A stretch of 64,000 nt of DNA from Octopus vulgaris (Eukaryota), in NCBI GenBank assembly GCA_951406725.2, contig OX597814.1, positions 118,606,001 to 118,670,000 on the forward strand, written 5' to 3'. Positions 13,400 to 25,587 of this stretch are shown one piece after another (within the stretch, counting starts at the first letter, position 1; every line of letters begins with the position of its first letter). The position numbers were made by a program, and so were the translations under genes. Below the pieces are notes generated by a model. The model was not told the origin of the DNA. It searched no databases and saw only the letters and a program-made list of their open reading frames with translations.

Positions 13400-13898
13400 A
13401 ATGTAGGATAAAATTTTTCGAAAAAAATTATCAATGGCGAGCATATTAAAAAAATACCTTTAAAGGTTAAATTTATAAACAACTTATAAATAAGAGCAAA
13501 CGAAAAGATTTCTAATGCCATATATGCCGAAACTAGACACATTGTCCATAACCATATAATTTATCCCAATAAGCACGCTACTCGAAAAAGGTCGACAGAA
13601 ATTTCTAAAAAATTCCGTTATTACCATATCGGACCGACTTCAGGGTTACTTCATAAGAACCTTCCCTTCGTCAGTGATAAATGCGGCAAAGAAATAAATG
13701 AAATACTTACTCATACCCATGGAAGAAGCAAATACCACGTCATGAGCACAATTAAGTACCCCAAATATATCCAAAATAGAAATTCTCCAGACCATTCGAG
13801 ACTCGTGCGATTGGAACTGAATCTCTCACAGAGTGAAAGAGTCCGGAAGTGAACACTATTAAATTTATATCTAATGTAGGATAAAATTTTTCGAAAAA
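13393..13898 (-). mobile_element. Partial-tandem PLE pseudo-LTR-like repeat
   Basis: 33 bp direct repeat TATATCTAATGTAGGATAAAATTTTTCGAAAAA at 13393 and 13866, with an HHR motif between; abuts (TA)n. Confidence 0.6.
13627..13679 (-). ncRNA. Degenerate hammerhead motif
   Basis: Minus strand tatca-CTGACGA-aggg...ccct-GAAG-tcgg-TC-cgata. Stem II is perfect; GAAA is changed to GAAG. Confidence 0.55.
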
Positions 13899-14933
13899 CT
13901 GAGAGTTTCAGTTCGAATCGCACTACTAAAATAAATAAACATATCGTGCCGAATACAACTCTCGAAGCGAGTCATTTAAAAAGAGAATTCAGCTGCATAT
14001 CACCTGTGATTTCGTAATCAGTGTAGTAGTATGCACTCTTTACTCCTCAGTGCAAGCATAATTCAAGATTTACAATGATTGAACAAATACAACATACCAG
14101 GCGAACAACCATCGTATCCAACGCAGCATGTAGAAATGTTCACTCCTTATACATCTATGTAAGTGGGGGTCTTTTTCGATTTGCATTTCGGTAACAACGT
14201 GCATATTCGGAATAAAAATTTAGTATTGAAAATACTCCTGTTAAATTTACAATTTAAAAATAGGCTAAATCCTTCAAAAGAATTAATCAAGTACTTAGCG
14301 GGAAAAACATCATTACAGAAAAAACCATCATTTTTTTCTTTTAAATATATTTATTTATATCATATAGAGGTCATTTTTACACATAAATGCCACAAGATAG
14401 GAGGGACTTTTAAATCATATATATGAATCATATATATATATATATATATATATGATTGAAAAAATATGGAATCCACAACAAGGAGTACGATTGGACATTT
14501 ATTTTCAATCTCTAATAATATGTCTACGTAGCATACTCCTACAGTACTTAATTGTGCAGTACTCCTCTGCTACTTGATTGTCCAACTGTTTCCTTGCATT
14601 ATGAGATCTAGTTGTATTTACTCAGATGATATGTAAATATTGTCTCCGTAACTTTAGATTCCCGTCTTGAACGGCACCCTCTCGCTTTGTCGTTGCTTGG
14701 AGTTCTTGGTAGCCACTGAGTTTGTTAAAGGTGCGTTGTTGCTGATAGACCGTTGGCAAATTGTTGAATCCAAATCATTTTCAATTATCTATTGCCTATT
14801 CACACAAAACAGAAGCTCAAACGCTAATTTGTAAGTACGTATGATACTACTCCTGGATTGCACAGGATGAAATGTGAAGGTGAACGAGATTTCCAATGTA
14901 CTCTACTACGTTCTTAACAAAATATACCATAAC

Positions 14934-15028
<95 letters not shown>

Positions 15029-15114
15029 ATAATGATAAATTAATAAATAAAACATATGCATATATACATATATGTACGTACCTACCTCTACATGTATATA
15101 TACACGCATATATG

Positions 15115-15420
15115 GGTACAGGACACCAAAAGAAAACCTCGAACACAATGAGAAACGAAAACATAAACACAAAACCAAGGAACTGGACATTTTTCTTAAA
15201 CAACAAAAAAATAGAGTACGAGACAAATAACACAAGGAAAATTGCCCTTCTTCAGTCGCCATGGTTTCATCTACTCTGCGTTTCGAAGGTGAAGGTAATA
15301 CGCATCTTCGATAGAAACTTCCCTTCCCGCGAATATATACACAACTATTTCCAGGATATTTATTACTTATATCCTTTCATCGGAGGCGGTGTGAGAGGAT
15401 AGTTAAATAATAGTTAGCTT
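15115..15420 (-). mobile_element. (TA)n-anchored repeat with weak HHR-like motif at 15274-15318
   Basis: Minus strand gttt-CTATCGA-a-gatg...cttc-GAAA-cg-CA-gag, followed by a T-rich tail into (TA)n, as in family H. Confidence 0.35.
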
Positions 15421-15715
15421 AGATGTGATGCAAAATAGATGGTGACGTTAAGGAAAGAAAATAGATGCAAGATGTATATGTATATTGAAGTTATAAATCC
15501 ATTTTTTATGCAGAATGGTATATATGTAGTATTCCAATACCTTATGAGTAAAGTCCGAAAGTCCAACAGAGTTTAAAATGGGTCCTTCCAAATCTAGAGT
15601 TTATACACAATGTTAGATTCCCTTATGAGTGAGATCCAGCAGGTTGTAAACTTTGTCATTCCAAGGTTATATACATATAATTTTTTCTTTTTATTTGTCT
15701 GTATATAAATTATAA

Positions 15716-15795
<80 letters not shown>

Positions 15796-16194
15796 GTGTG
15801 GGTGTGTGTGTTTGTGTTTGTACTCACGTTGCCACCATGATACGCATGACCAAAACCCAAAGAACTCCACAAATTTCAGAGAGTTTTCATTCAAAAGCCA
15901 TTCTGGGCATCCCATTTATTATTTGCATTTGAGAGTTTTCATTCTTCATCTACCACTCCCCAAACACATAAAAACATCCTGCCCCTCATAGTAGCGAAAT
16001 GAACATATGATAACACTCTAGCATAATATTTACCAAGATGAGGTTTTTTTCTGCTTTATGCGGGACGATCGATTGTATCATATCGTAACCCACCGACTGA
16101 GGAGTTCAGTAGATGTAAGCAGAAACGATCGGCGTATTAAATAAAGCTTACAGTACATACCGTCTTCCGCATCTGACTACGGCGATGCTACAGC

Positions 16195-16410
16195 ACCGGC
16201 TTTTGTCGAAGAAGTCGAACACAAGACTTATTGTTTGCAAGTCTAGTACTTATTCTGTCGGTCATTTATGGTGATCGGCTAAGTTACGAGGATGTAAACA
16301 CAACAGCGTCGTTGGTGTAGGAACAATTACACATATACACACACACTAAAAAATGCATATGTATATATATACATATATGTGCGTGCGCGTATATATATAT
16401 ATATATATAT
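16195..16410 (-). mobile_element. SINE C 3' part
   Basis: GACTTATT...CTAGTACTTATTCT...GCTAAGTTACG matches the copies at 18058, 19036 and 58303. Confidence 0.65.
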
Positions 16411-16413
16411 ATA

Positions 16414-17287
16414 TACTAGCTTAAATTGACCCGCTCTACGCGCGGGTAAGTGTGTGGTTGTTACCTTCTGTTGCTTCCTTTCTGTTTTCTATCACCGCAT
16501 TCTTCCTCTTTGTTTCTCTCTCACTTTCCCACTCTCTTACTCTTCATTTCTCTCGGACTCTCCCTCGGTTTCTCTTACTCTCTATTTTTATCTATCTCTC
16601 ACCTAATTATAAACAACAAAAGATCTTGAGTAAGTTGAGAAAGTAAAATATTTTGAAAGATCAATCATAAATATCAGGCAGTGACAACGGAACCGTCTAC
16701 TTCAAGGCAGACAGCAAAACACTAACATTTAAAAAGTACAAAACGAATTTGCGAGCTGAATAAAATTTTTTTTAAATATTGGAAACTTTGAAGGGATAGA
16801 ATCTGAGAATAGTAGAGTCACTATGGCTGGCATTTCTTAACGACGGACAGCAACGTAGTGGCAGTTTAACGGCTGCCGAAAAATTTTGAAATTGATGTAA
16901 AAGAAAATTCCTAAACACCAAGTTTTGAAGTGATTCTTTCTCACGACAGTACACTCACCATGGCATGCATTCAAAACTTCTTCATCATGGACGGCAACAC
17001 ATTGACGATTTAAAGGCTGGCGCAAATCTTTTAGCTTGATGTAACAGAGAATTCCTAAACACCCGTTCCTGTAAATTTTAATCCCCTTCCAGCCCCATTT
17101 AGACCTCTTTTCACATTTTGGTTAATATAACCCGATTTCATTCGAGTCTCATCTTTTATAAGATGAGGAATTTTGTCCTAGAGGTCATACCTTTCATTTG
17201 AGGAAACAAATAGTTGCCATGCAAACTCGCCAGCACTTTTAACATAGGTGTGCATATTTTCAGCTCAACCGACCACATAATGCACAC

Positions 17288-17367
<80 letters not shown>

Positions 17368-17830
17368 TATTTATATAAATACAGATATATACACTATGTA
17401 TATATGCATTATATATACATATTTATATATAGAACACGCACACACACGCATACATAAATTAACCCAATAAATATCTAATACATAATATTTGTTCTCATGA
17501 TTGCGTGGTGGTGGCGATGATAATTATCTCTATGAATGCAGACAGACGTAGAGAGAGAGAGAGAGAATGACAGCGCAGCAAAAGTGGCGGGGCAAAGCGA
17601 CATTATAGAGATAAATTGATGGGAAGGGAGGAAACAGAATGGGATCAGACTTGTCAGAGTTTTTTGCACCAGTAACCACACCTTTTAAGATAGGGATTCC
17701 TAACATCCTCACCTCATTTTACACGTCCGTGTAAATTTTGGAGTCAATTCGACGGGACCCAGTGCCTTTTAACCCGTTCCAATGCCAAAACCAGACAAAC
17801 AAACTTTTCGCATATTAGATTTATAGATAT
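16414..17830 (+). mobile_element. Helentron/Helitron-like non-autonomous element (HINE/DINE-like)
   Basis: Starts TACTAGC...GACCCG CTCTACGCG CGGGT (subterminal hairpin). Internal ~140 bp tandem repeats (about 16820-16920 and 16958-17064); ends ACAAACAAAC...TATAGAT. Confidence 0.5.
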
Positions 17831-18057
17831 TGATATATACGACGGGGTTGAGACTCACTATACAAAGTGGATGGAGGTGTTTTAAAATCAAAAGTGGACC
17901 TCTTTTTGCGGGAAGTCCAAGATGAACCTACATGGCAGCAAGAAGTCGAAATGTGAGTAGTGATATCAAAGTCACTTACTCAACAAATTCCAGATATCAG
18001 AGGAGGCTTTCAATAATATCAGTGTAACAACACGGCGGTGCCACAGTATGACTAGAA

Positions 18058-18378
18058 CTTTAGGCGAGCAAATCGACCCCAGGACTTATTCTTTGGAAGC
18101 CTAGTACTTATTCTATCGGTTCTTTTGCCGAACCGCTAAGTTACGGCGACAAAAACATACAACCATCGGTTGTCAAGCGATGTTGGGGAGGGGGGAAAAC
18201 ACAGACACACAAACATATATGCATACATATATATACATATATATATATATATACATATATACGTCGGGCTTCTTTCGGTTTCCGTCTACCATATCTAATC
18301 ACAAGGCTTTGGTCGACCCAACGCTATAGTAGAAGACACCTCCCCAAGGTGCCACGCAGTGGAAATGAACGCAGAACT
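18058..18378 (-). mobile_element. SINE C with internal microsatellite
   Basis: GAGCAAATCGACCCCAGGACTTATTC...(CA/TA)n...CGTCGGGCTTCTTTC...CCCAAGGTGCCACGCAGTGG. Confidence 0.85.
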
Positions 18379-19035
18379 TATGATTTTTTAAAAATACAAT
18401 TTGTTGCGGCCTTTTATAAGATAAGCACCACATTTTGCAAACGCACGATCTAAGAGCGCATCTTTTTTACGCATGCCAGGCGAAGTGTCACTCTGATGTT
18501 TAAAAACCCAAATATTACATAACATTTCACATGCAACAGTTGAGTGCGACGGTCTTAAAACAGATAGAAAGCGAAATAATTGAAATTAGTCACTAAAGAT
18601 ATGCTAACCTCTTTCTTTGTTTTCCTTTTTCACATAATTTATTCTTATTATACACATACATTGGACTTACAGATATGACAACTGCCGGAATTTTTATTAA
18701 AGTGTATAAATAACAGCAAGCTTAGGTTGAATGTTGTACTGGAAATGCTCCATTTTTCTACTCGGTTTTGCTACACTTCTAAGACCTTTATCAGTGTGTG
18801 TGTGTTTGTGTGTATGAAGATGCGTGGCCGACTGCTTGTGGCGGTGCACTCAGGATCGCTAGATCATGTGTTCCATCTGAACACTTCATCTCACGTTGCT
18901 CCCGTTCTTCTTTCGATCAGATGGAAATGCTAGCCAGCACATTGTGAAAAGTAGCGTATAACATCAGATAACCTGGTCTGTCAAGTGATCGGCTGATATA
19001 TATATATACATATATAAGGTTTGTGGTTCACTATA

Positions 19036-19278
19036 CTCTTTTATTTGTTTCAGGTATTTGACTGCGGCCATGTTGGAGCACCGCCTTTAGTTGAGAAAAT
19101 CGACCCTAGGACTTATTATTTGTAAGCCTAGTATTTATTCTATCACCCCTTTTGCTGAATCGCTAAGTTACGGGGACGTAAACACACCAACATCCATTGT
19201 CAAGCAACGGGTGGGGGGGACAAACACAGACACACATACATACACACACATACCTATATATATATATACATATATATA
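19036..19278 (-). mobile_element. SINE C 3' part
   Basis: TTTGTTTCAG...GACTGCGGCCATGTTGGAGCACCGCC... Confidence 0.8.
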
Positions 19279-19494
19279 TTTTGTGAAATAGAAAAATGAA
19301 TAATCTTGTTGCAGATTAATCAAAAGTTTAACCGATACCTTGGTAACAAAAATCACAGCAGAAGACAGCACGGTTGGAGGTACAACCATATGGTGTTGCA
19401 ACCATGCGTTTGTGCGGATAATTGAATTTTAATATTATTAGTGTATTGAAGAAATGGAGTTGAACGAAGATTGAACGGAAATCGTTTTATTGCA

Positions 19495-19574
19495 TTCTAC
19501 ACGTGTTTCGAAAGCCACAATTTACCAAATTCCGATTGAATAAGGAGACCATATTGCGTCTTTCTCTTCAGGAA
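19495..19574 (-). ncRNA. Hammerhead ribozyme (left arm)
   Basis: Mirror of 19779-19858; core intact. Confidence 0.7.
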
Positions 19575-19778
19575 GAAATAGGAAATCCGTTGGCAAAAAC
19601 AAAAACAGAACAGAGGCGCAGCAAAACAAATCGAACGAGGCTCCTAAGAGCCCATGGCCAAACTGTTTATCAATGTATGTTGATAAACAGTTTGGCCATG
19701 GGCTCTTAGGAGCCTCGTTCGATTTGTTTTGCTCCGCCTCTGTTCTGTTTTTGTTTTTTCCAACGGATTTCCTATTTC

Positions 19779-19858
19779 TTCCTGAAGAGAAAGACACAAT
19801 ATGGTCTCTTTATTCAATCGGAATTTGGTAAATTCTGGCTTTCGAAACACGTGTAGAA
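19779..19858 (+). ncRNA. Hammerhead ribozyme (right arm)
   Basis: ttc-CTGAAGA(19782-88)-gaaag...ctttc-GAAA(19844-47)-cacgtg-TA-gaa. Palindromic stem III ACACGTGT; AATAAA follows at 19862. Confidence 0.72.
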
Positions 19859-19913
19859 TGCAATAAAACGATTTCCGTTCAATCTTCGTTCAACTCCATT
19901 TCTTCAATTCACT

Positions 19914-19985
<72 letters not shown>

Positions 19986-20044
19986 AAAAAATGAAGTTCG
20001 AAAATGCTGCTGTATTATACAATTTTTTTATTTTTATATATACA

Positions 20045-20086
20045 TTATAACATGTTTCAGTTCCTGAAATGAACTTTATCAAAAAA
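20045..20086 (-). ncRNA. Hammerhead motif, U3-A8 core variant
   Basis: Minus strand tttt-TTGATAA-agttc atttcag gaact-GAAA-catg-TT-ataa. 5 bp stem II, palindrome ACATGT, weak stem I. Confidence 0.6.
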
Positions 20087-20454
20087 AGTTATATATAAAA
20101 AAAGACAGCTCATGCCGTCAAACACAAGTAATTCATTTATAATACACAACGGAGTCAGACATCTTAGAGTTCATGTATAGTTGATATATAGTTCATGTAT
20201 AGTTCATATAGAGTTTGAAGTATATGTTCAAAGTGTTCGATGCAGTGGCCCACGGTGGCGATACGTATTCAATACAAAAAACAGATCAAAGTGGTGGAAA
20301 GCGGTCAATACAGAAGATTGATGTTTCCGAAAGAGCGAGGAATTCATTTTTATCTTAAGCAAATGTGATGACCCATGGTGGATTTTCGCTGGGTGGTTCT
20401 AATGAGTTTTTGTGAAGTGCTCGGTTTTATAATGCCTGTTAGGTGGTCAATCCA

Positions 20455-20645
20455 GCGTAGCGTGATGTCATCAACGTTTTGACCAATCGTTTCGTTAGGT
20501 GGCTTTAGTCAAGTAGAACGGGACGTCATCATTATTTTGACCAATCGCTGCATTATAACTGCCTCTTGTTTGTTTCCTGTTTTGACCAGTCGCTTCGTTA
20601 GTCAAGCAGAACGGGACGTCATGCAGATTCTGCCCAATCACGACT
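20455..20645. promoter_or_regulatory. Repeated CRE-like (GACGTCA) plus CCAAT modules
   Basis: TGATGTCA..GACCAATC, GGACGTCA..GACCAATC, GACCAGTC and GGACGTCA..CCCAATCA in tandem units. Confidence 0.4.
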
Positions 20646-20687
20646 TATAGCTACATTAGATCTGCCCCCTGTCTGTACTTGTTAGGT

Positions 20688-20747
<60 letters not shown>

Positions 20748-20749
<2 letters not shown>

Positions 20750-20888
20750 ACGACGGGCTTGTTTCAGATTCCGTCTACCAAATCCACTCACGAGGCATTG
20801 GACAACCCGATGCTATAGTACAAGACGCTTGCTCAAGTTGCCACGCAATGGGAACCAACCCGGAACAACGTGGTTGGTAAGTAAGCTA
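20748..20888 (-). mobile_element. SINE C, split by insertion (remainder 22934-22971)
   Basis: CGACGGGCTT...GGTTGGTAAGTAAGCTA resumes as GTAAGCGAATTACTTACCACACAGCCGCTCCTGCGCC. Confidence 0.8.
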
Positions 20889-22933
20889 TTTTATTTTATT
20901 CAATTTGCCATGAAGGCAGTACATAGAGTAACTATTGTAGCTTGTGGTTGAATACGGACATTTATGAGATGAATGATAATGGTACAAGGAATGATAAGGA
21001 TGGGAGAAGACGAAAAGCGCCAGTCGAATTTTGATTTTCCTAAACATTGTTCTTTTTAAAAAAGCACTGAATGAGCTATTAACCCTCTTATAATTTTACA
21101 AATATTCCAATTTATAGACTAAAAATCCATTCCAAATAAAAACAATTTAACACACATAATGACCCGATAAACCTGTTACACAAATGAGTCTCCATCCCCA
21201 ATCAATTTTCTTGAATCCTGCATGCAGTCCTGCAGCTGCAAGCTGGGGTCCCATGATCAAAATCTAATATAGTGGTCTCCTCCTTTGAGAAGGGGTCAAT
21301 TATATTGTAGAAGATCCTTTATTCTAATGCAGAGGTCACTCTGGTCTATCAATAAAAGTCGGATCTATCAGGTCCCGACTATTAAAGGAAATTGCAATAA
21401 AATTCTGTGTAACTCCTCCCCTAAGATAGAAGATCAAATATTCTTCAGCATTTACACTGAGAGGGGGCCTTCTTCTTGGCCCCTCCGGTGGCACACGACC
21501 CACCGATGGGGTTTCAGGACATGCCGCCAGTGTACCATCAAGTGCCGACAATGTCCCGTTTTCGTCTTCCTTTTTTTTCTTTTCCCTTACGACGGGAAGG
21601 TGAACTTCCCCCATCATGTTCGGAAGTCCTTACTTCCCTCCCTTCGCCTCAGGATCCATTGGTGAGCAACCATTGCTACTCACCTTTCTTTTCTTCCATT
21701 TTGTTTTCGAGGAGGTTACCTCCTCCTCGACTTTTTCCTTCCCTCACTCCTCTCCCTCCAATGGGAGAGCAGGGGTCGCCTTATCAATTAGCTTCTCCAG
21801 GAGCTTACCTTGGTGTCTGGGGCAGCTTTTCTTAATATGGCCCGATTCCAGGCACATGTGACACTTCGGGGTGGGGGCATCCCTCAAGCATCACCGGATA
21901 CCTAGAACCAGCCATCTTTAGGAAATCTGGAAAAAAAGAGATCTTTGGCTGATTGGGTCCATAGGGTCAAAATTGCATTCTACCACGCCCAATCAGCCGC
22001 AGACAGGATCTTGACATTTAAAAGCCTGGCAGTGATGCCATCCAGACCCGGCGGATAGTGTCCTCTATCCATTTGGGTTCTAAACCGGGTGGAAGCCCAC
22101 ACACCCAAGCTCTTGTCAATCTCCTCCCATCATACGTGGGGGAAACAGAATTTTCTCCCCTTCCAATGGTTTGCTCGCAAAATCACGAGCTTCCGCAGGG
22201 GTGTCAAATAGCGCACACACGGTTTCGTATTTCACACCCCTTTGGATGAATCTAATACTTGGCAGATAATCTGCCAGCTCCTTCCCTAGGTCAGTCTGAG
22301 AGAAGACAGTGGTGGCGTCAAGGACCCTAGAGTAGGTCCTTAACACCACCGTTCTCTCAGTATTATTTTTTACCAATCTTTGGGGGCTACAATTTGCCAC
22401 TCCAAAGTGCTATTCTTTGTTGCCATATTAGCAATCATATAAAATAAAATTTTTCAAAAACAAAATGTCAAATAAACGTCAATCAAAAAACACACAAAGA
22501 AAGAAAAGAAAGACAGAAGAGGGAAGAAAGAACGAAGGAAGACAGTTAGTTCAACTGGCAACACAATTCTGCTACTCAGGTAATCCACAAATAGTAGTTC
22601 TTTGTCGCAGCACAAAAATTCCAGTTTTCATCAAATTCTTGCCGTCTCCGTACTTCTTGGCTGAATGGTAAATCCTCCTTGTCAAGGGCACTAACACAGT
22701 CTCAGAACACAATTTTCACAATTTTCAGAGAGGCACGCCTCCCAAAAACACAATTCTCACTGCAAAAGGAGTCTACTCGCACGGCCACAGGCAGACAGTA
22801 CCCAAAACATATTAAATACAAAGAACAGACCCCATTGAGCTCCCAAAAAATCAAACGCCTTACCAGTAGTCGTGCTTTAACGTCGAACGACATGACTTCA
22901 GAGCGTGAAGAAAATCACGCAGTCTTCTGTGAA
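20889..22933 (-). mobile_element. ~2 kb ORF1-only (gag-like, CCHC knuckle) retroelement, HAL1-like
   Basis: Frameshifted minus-strand ORFs 22400-22116 and 21617-21336. Zinc knuckle CHMCLESGHIKKSC at 21863-21822, A-rich tail at 20889-20900, diverged 12 bp TSD, and no RT motifs seen. Confidence 0.65.
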
Positions 22934-23165
22934 GTAAGCGAATTACTTACCACACAGCCGCTCCTGCGCCTATATTCAATATTTACAAGTTCCTAAAAGA
23001 AAATTAAAATCTCTTGCCGTAAGATATTTAAAATCAAACTAATCACATATTTGACAGTATGAGATACCAATCAAATGCAAAATCTACAACCAAGCCAGGG
23101 GATGATAAATCAACATTTTGATCAACTAGCTAGAGATGCCATACATACAAAACAGCAACAACAGT

Positions 23166-23580
23166 GGAGACGCAATGACCCAGTGGTTAGGGCAGCGGAT
23201 TCGTGGTCGGAGGATCGCGGTTTCGATACCCAGACTGGGCGTTGTGTGTGTTTATCGAGCGAAAACACCTAAAGCTCCACGACGCTCCGGCAGGGGGTGC
23301 TGGCGACCCCTTTTGTACTCTTTCGCTCCAACTTTCTCTCACTTTTCCTGTTTCTTGTCATCTTACGCAACCGCTGTCATCTTACGCAACCGCTGAGCCT
23401 GGATGCGCATTCATCCATCCGTCAATGTTCTCAGTGTCGGGGGTTGACCTGCTTTCTCTTCCGCGGGTCCTATGAATAGCAAAGAACCACGTTTCGGACT
23501 TTTCCCACTACAGAGGCACGATCTTGCGAGCTCTGGGACGAAGACAGCTTCGCTCAACTAACAAACAAACAACAACAACA
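23166..23580 (+). mobile_element. tRNA-derived SINE A (OR-like)
   Basis: GGAGACGCAATGACCCAGTGGTTAGGGCAGCGG...GGTTTCGATACC head, (CAA)n tail, and a 19 bp tandem duplication at 23356-23393. Confidence 0.85.
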
Positions 23581-24086
23581 ATATCATGACCGTTTATCAC
23601 CTGCGTATCAATAGAAATATAAGCACACACGCGTTGAACATTTCATGCTTCAGGTAATGCTAGAGCACAGAAATTACGCCTGGCTGGATAAAACAAAAGA
23701 AAGAACTGATGTATTAACAAGTGCATTAGGAAAATATATGAATTATATTGACTTTAGATAATTATCAGAAAGCATTATTTGAAATTGCTTTAGAGCTGAA
23801 CATCAATTTATAGATTCTTGTATGACCTGTATACCTACTGCCCTACCTACCTAACTACTTACCTAGTTACCTACCTACCTACCTCCCTACCTACCTACCT
23901 ACATACATACATACATACATACATACATAATACATACATACATAATACATATTTGTCTAACTACCGATATACCAACCTACATACATACAGAAAAATATAT
24001 ATATATATATACATATGCATATATAGACACATACATCTTTGTGTACATATATGTGTGTGTGTGTTTATATGAACATACACATACTT

Positions 24087-24120
<34 letters not shown>

Positions 24121-25516
24121 ATTATACTTACGCGTGTGGATATATATGAAATAATCGTATGCTGTGTACCTACGATACGTATACACATACATGAAAGCGT
24201 AAGACGAATCTGTAAATGCCATCAACTGAATAAACAAATATATGCATAGATGTATATGCGTGCTATTGCTTTTAGCAGTGTGCATGTGTGCGTGCAAACG
24301 TATGAGCTTGTGCGTGTATGTGCTTGTCTTTGAGAAACAGAGAGTGAAAGATAGATAAATAGAGAGAAAGAGAGGGAATGAGAGAAACAGAGAGAGGAGG
24401 AAGGCAGAGAAAGAATGTGTGAGAGAGATAGTGAAAATGAGAGTTAGAGAGAAAGTAAGAGAGAAACTGAGGGAGAGACAGCGAAACAGAGAGATGGGAC
24501 AGATTGGGAGAGAGAAATGAGAGAAAGAGAGAGGGAGAGAAAATGGGAGAGATGGGACAGAGAGGGAGAGAGTAAGTGACTAAGATTTTTCGTGCAGTTG
24601 AAAATGTCCATTTAATGGAATCAGCCACCCGGTTTTAATTTCCTTGAAGTTGCATTTATATACCTTTAAGTCATGAACATTATAATTTTCAATTTCCTAT
24701 CGCTTATAAAACACAGTTTTGCAGCCTGTCTAAATGGACAGTGTAGTAAATAATTTAACAGCTCTGAGACATGTGTGCTCTGAATGATAGTTTAACAGAC
24801 ATGTATCGTGCACTCTATTTTCAATCTGCATAATAACATAGGACGCGGAGAAAGGGTTAACGTTTATTTACTTAATTCTGTTATGTGGAGAATGAAAAAG
24901 AATATTGGATTTATAGAACGATTCAGTAGCTTTCAGAAATGAACGTTTAACAATTTAAATACATTAATATATTTACATATTTCCGGAAAGTTTAAGGGGA
25001 AAATAATAATGCATTAATTTCTTTTTACCATTGCTCCAATGAAAATATTTCAATTCAAAATTATATAAGCCCCCTTGAAGCACAAATTTAATTAATTTTA
25101 TTAACTCTCAAAATAACTTTAGGGACCTAATCTCTCGAGAGAACATCATAACAAACGAACATGATTTGTGTCGAAATTGACTTGAATTTATTCGTCCCTC
25201 TATAATATGAAGTGTTTCTTAATCTTCATTGGGCACCAACTCTCAAACCGACCTACGATGTTACTTCAAATAACAGATAAATTTATTGTATAAATAGACT
25301 GAGTAAAAGAAGATATATGGGTTGAATCATAACAAATCCTGATATTGCATTAAAATTACAATTCTTACGATTCCAGACCGATATATTTAGTGTCTGTAAA
25401 CTGATAATATATATTTTCTAATTTAGGTTTCTCATTTTCCCTGATTTCGTTACAGACATCAGTGGCAAAATCTTTGGGCTGTGTCAAAATTGAATGATAA
25501 TGATGATGATTATGAA

Positions 25517-25587
<71 letters not shown>

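Larger units (their letters stand above)
19432..19921. repeat. Near-perfect 490 bp palindrome (242 bp arms, 6 nt spacer)
   Basis: Arms 19432-19673 and 19680-19921, no indels, about 6 mismatches counted. Mirrored ORFs 19503(+) and 19850(-) in the ORF track agree. Confidence 0.95.
19982..20690 (-). mobile_element. PLE pseudo-LTR-like element between two (TA)n tracts
   Basis: On the minus strand: CRE/CCAAT-rich repeats, then HHR, then AATAAA, then (TA)n. Confidence 0.55.

Noticed and set aside
19503-19850. Two near-identical 68 aa ORFs on opposite strands
   Set aside because: A by-product of the palindrome, with no recognisable protein motif.
23166-23240. tRNA gene candidates at SINE heads (also 29594, 38878, 51076)
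   Set aside because: They continue into shared SINE bodies and lack proper acceptor stems.
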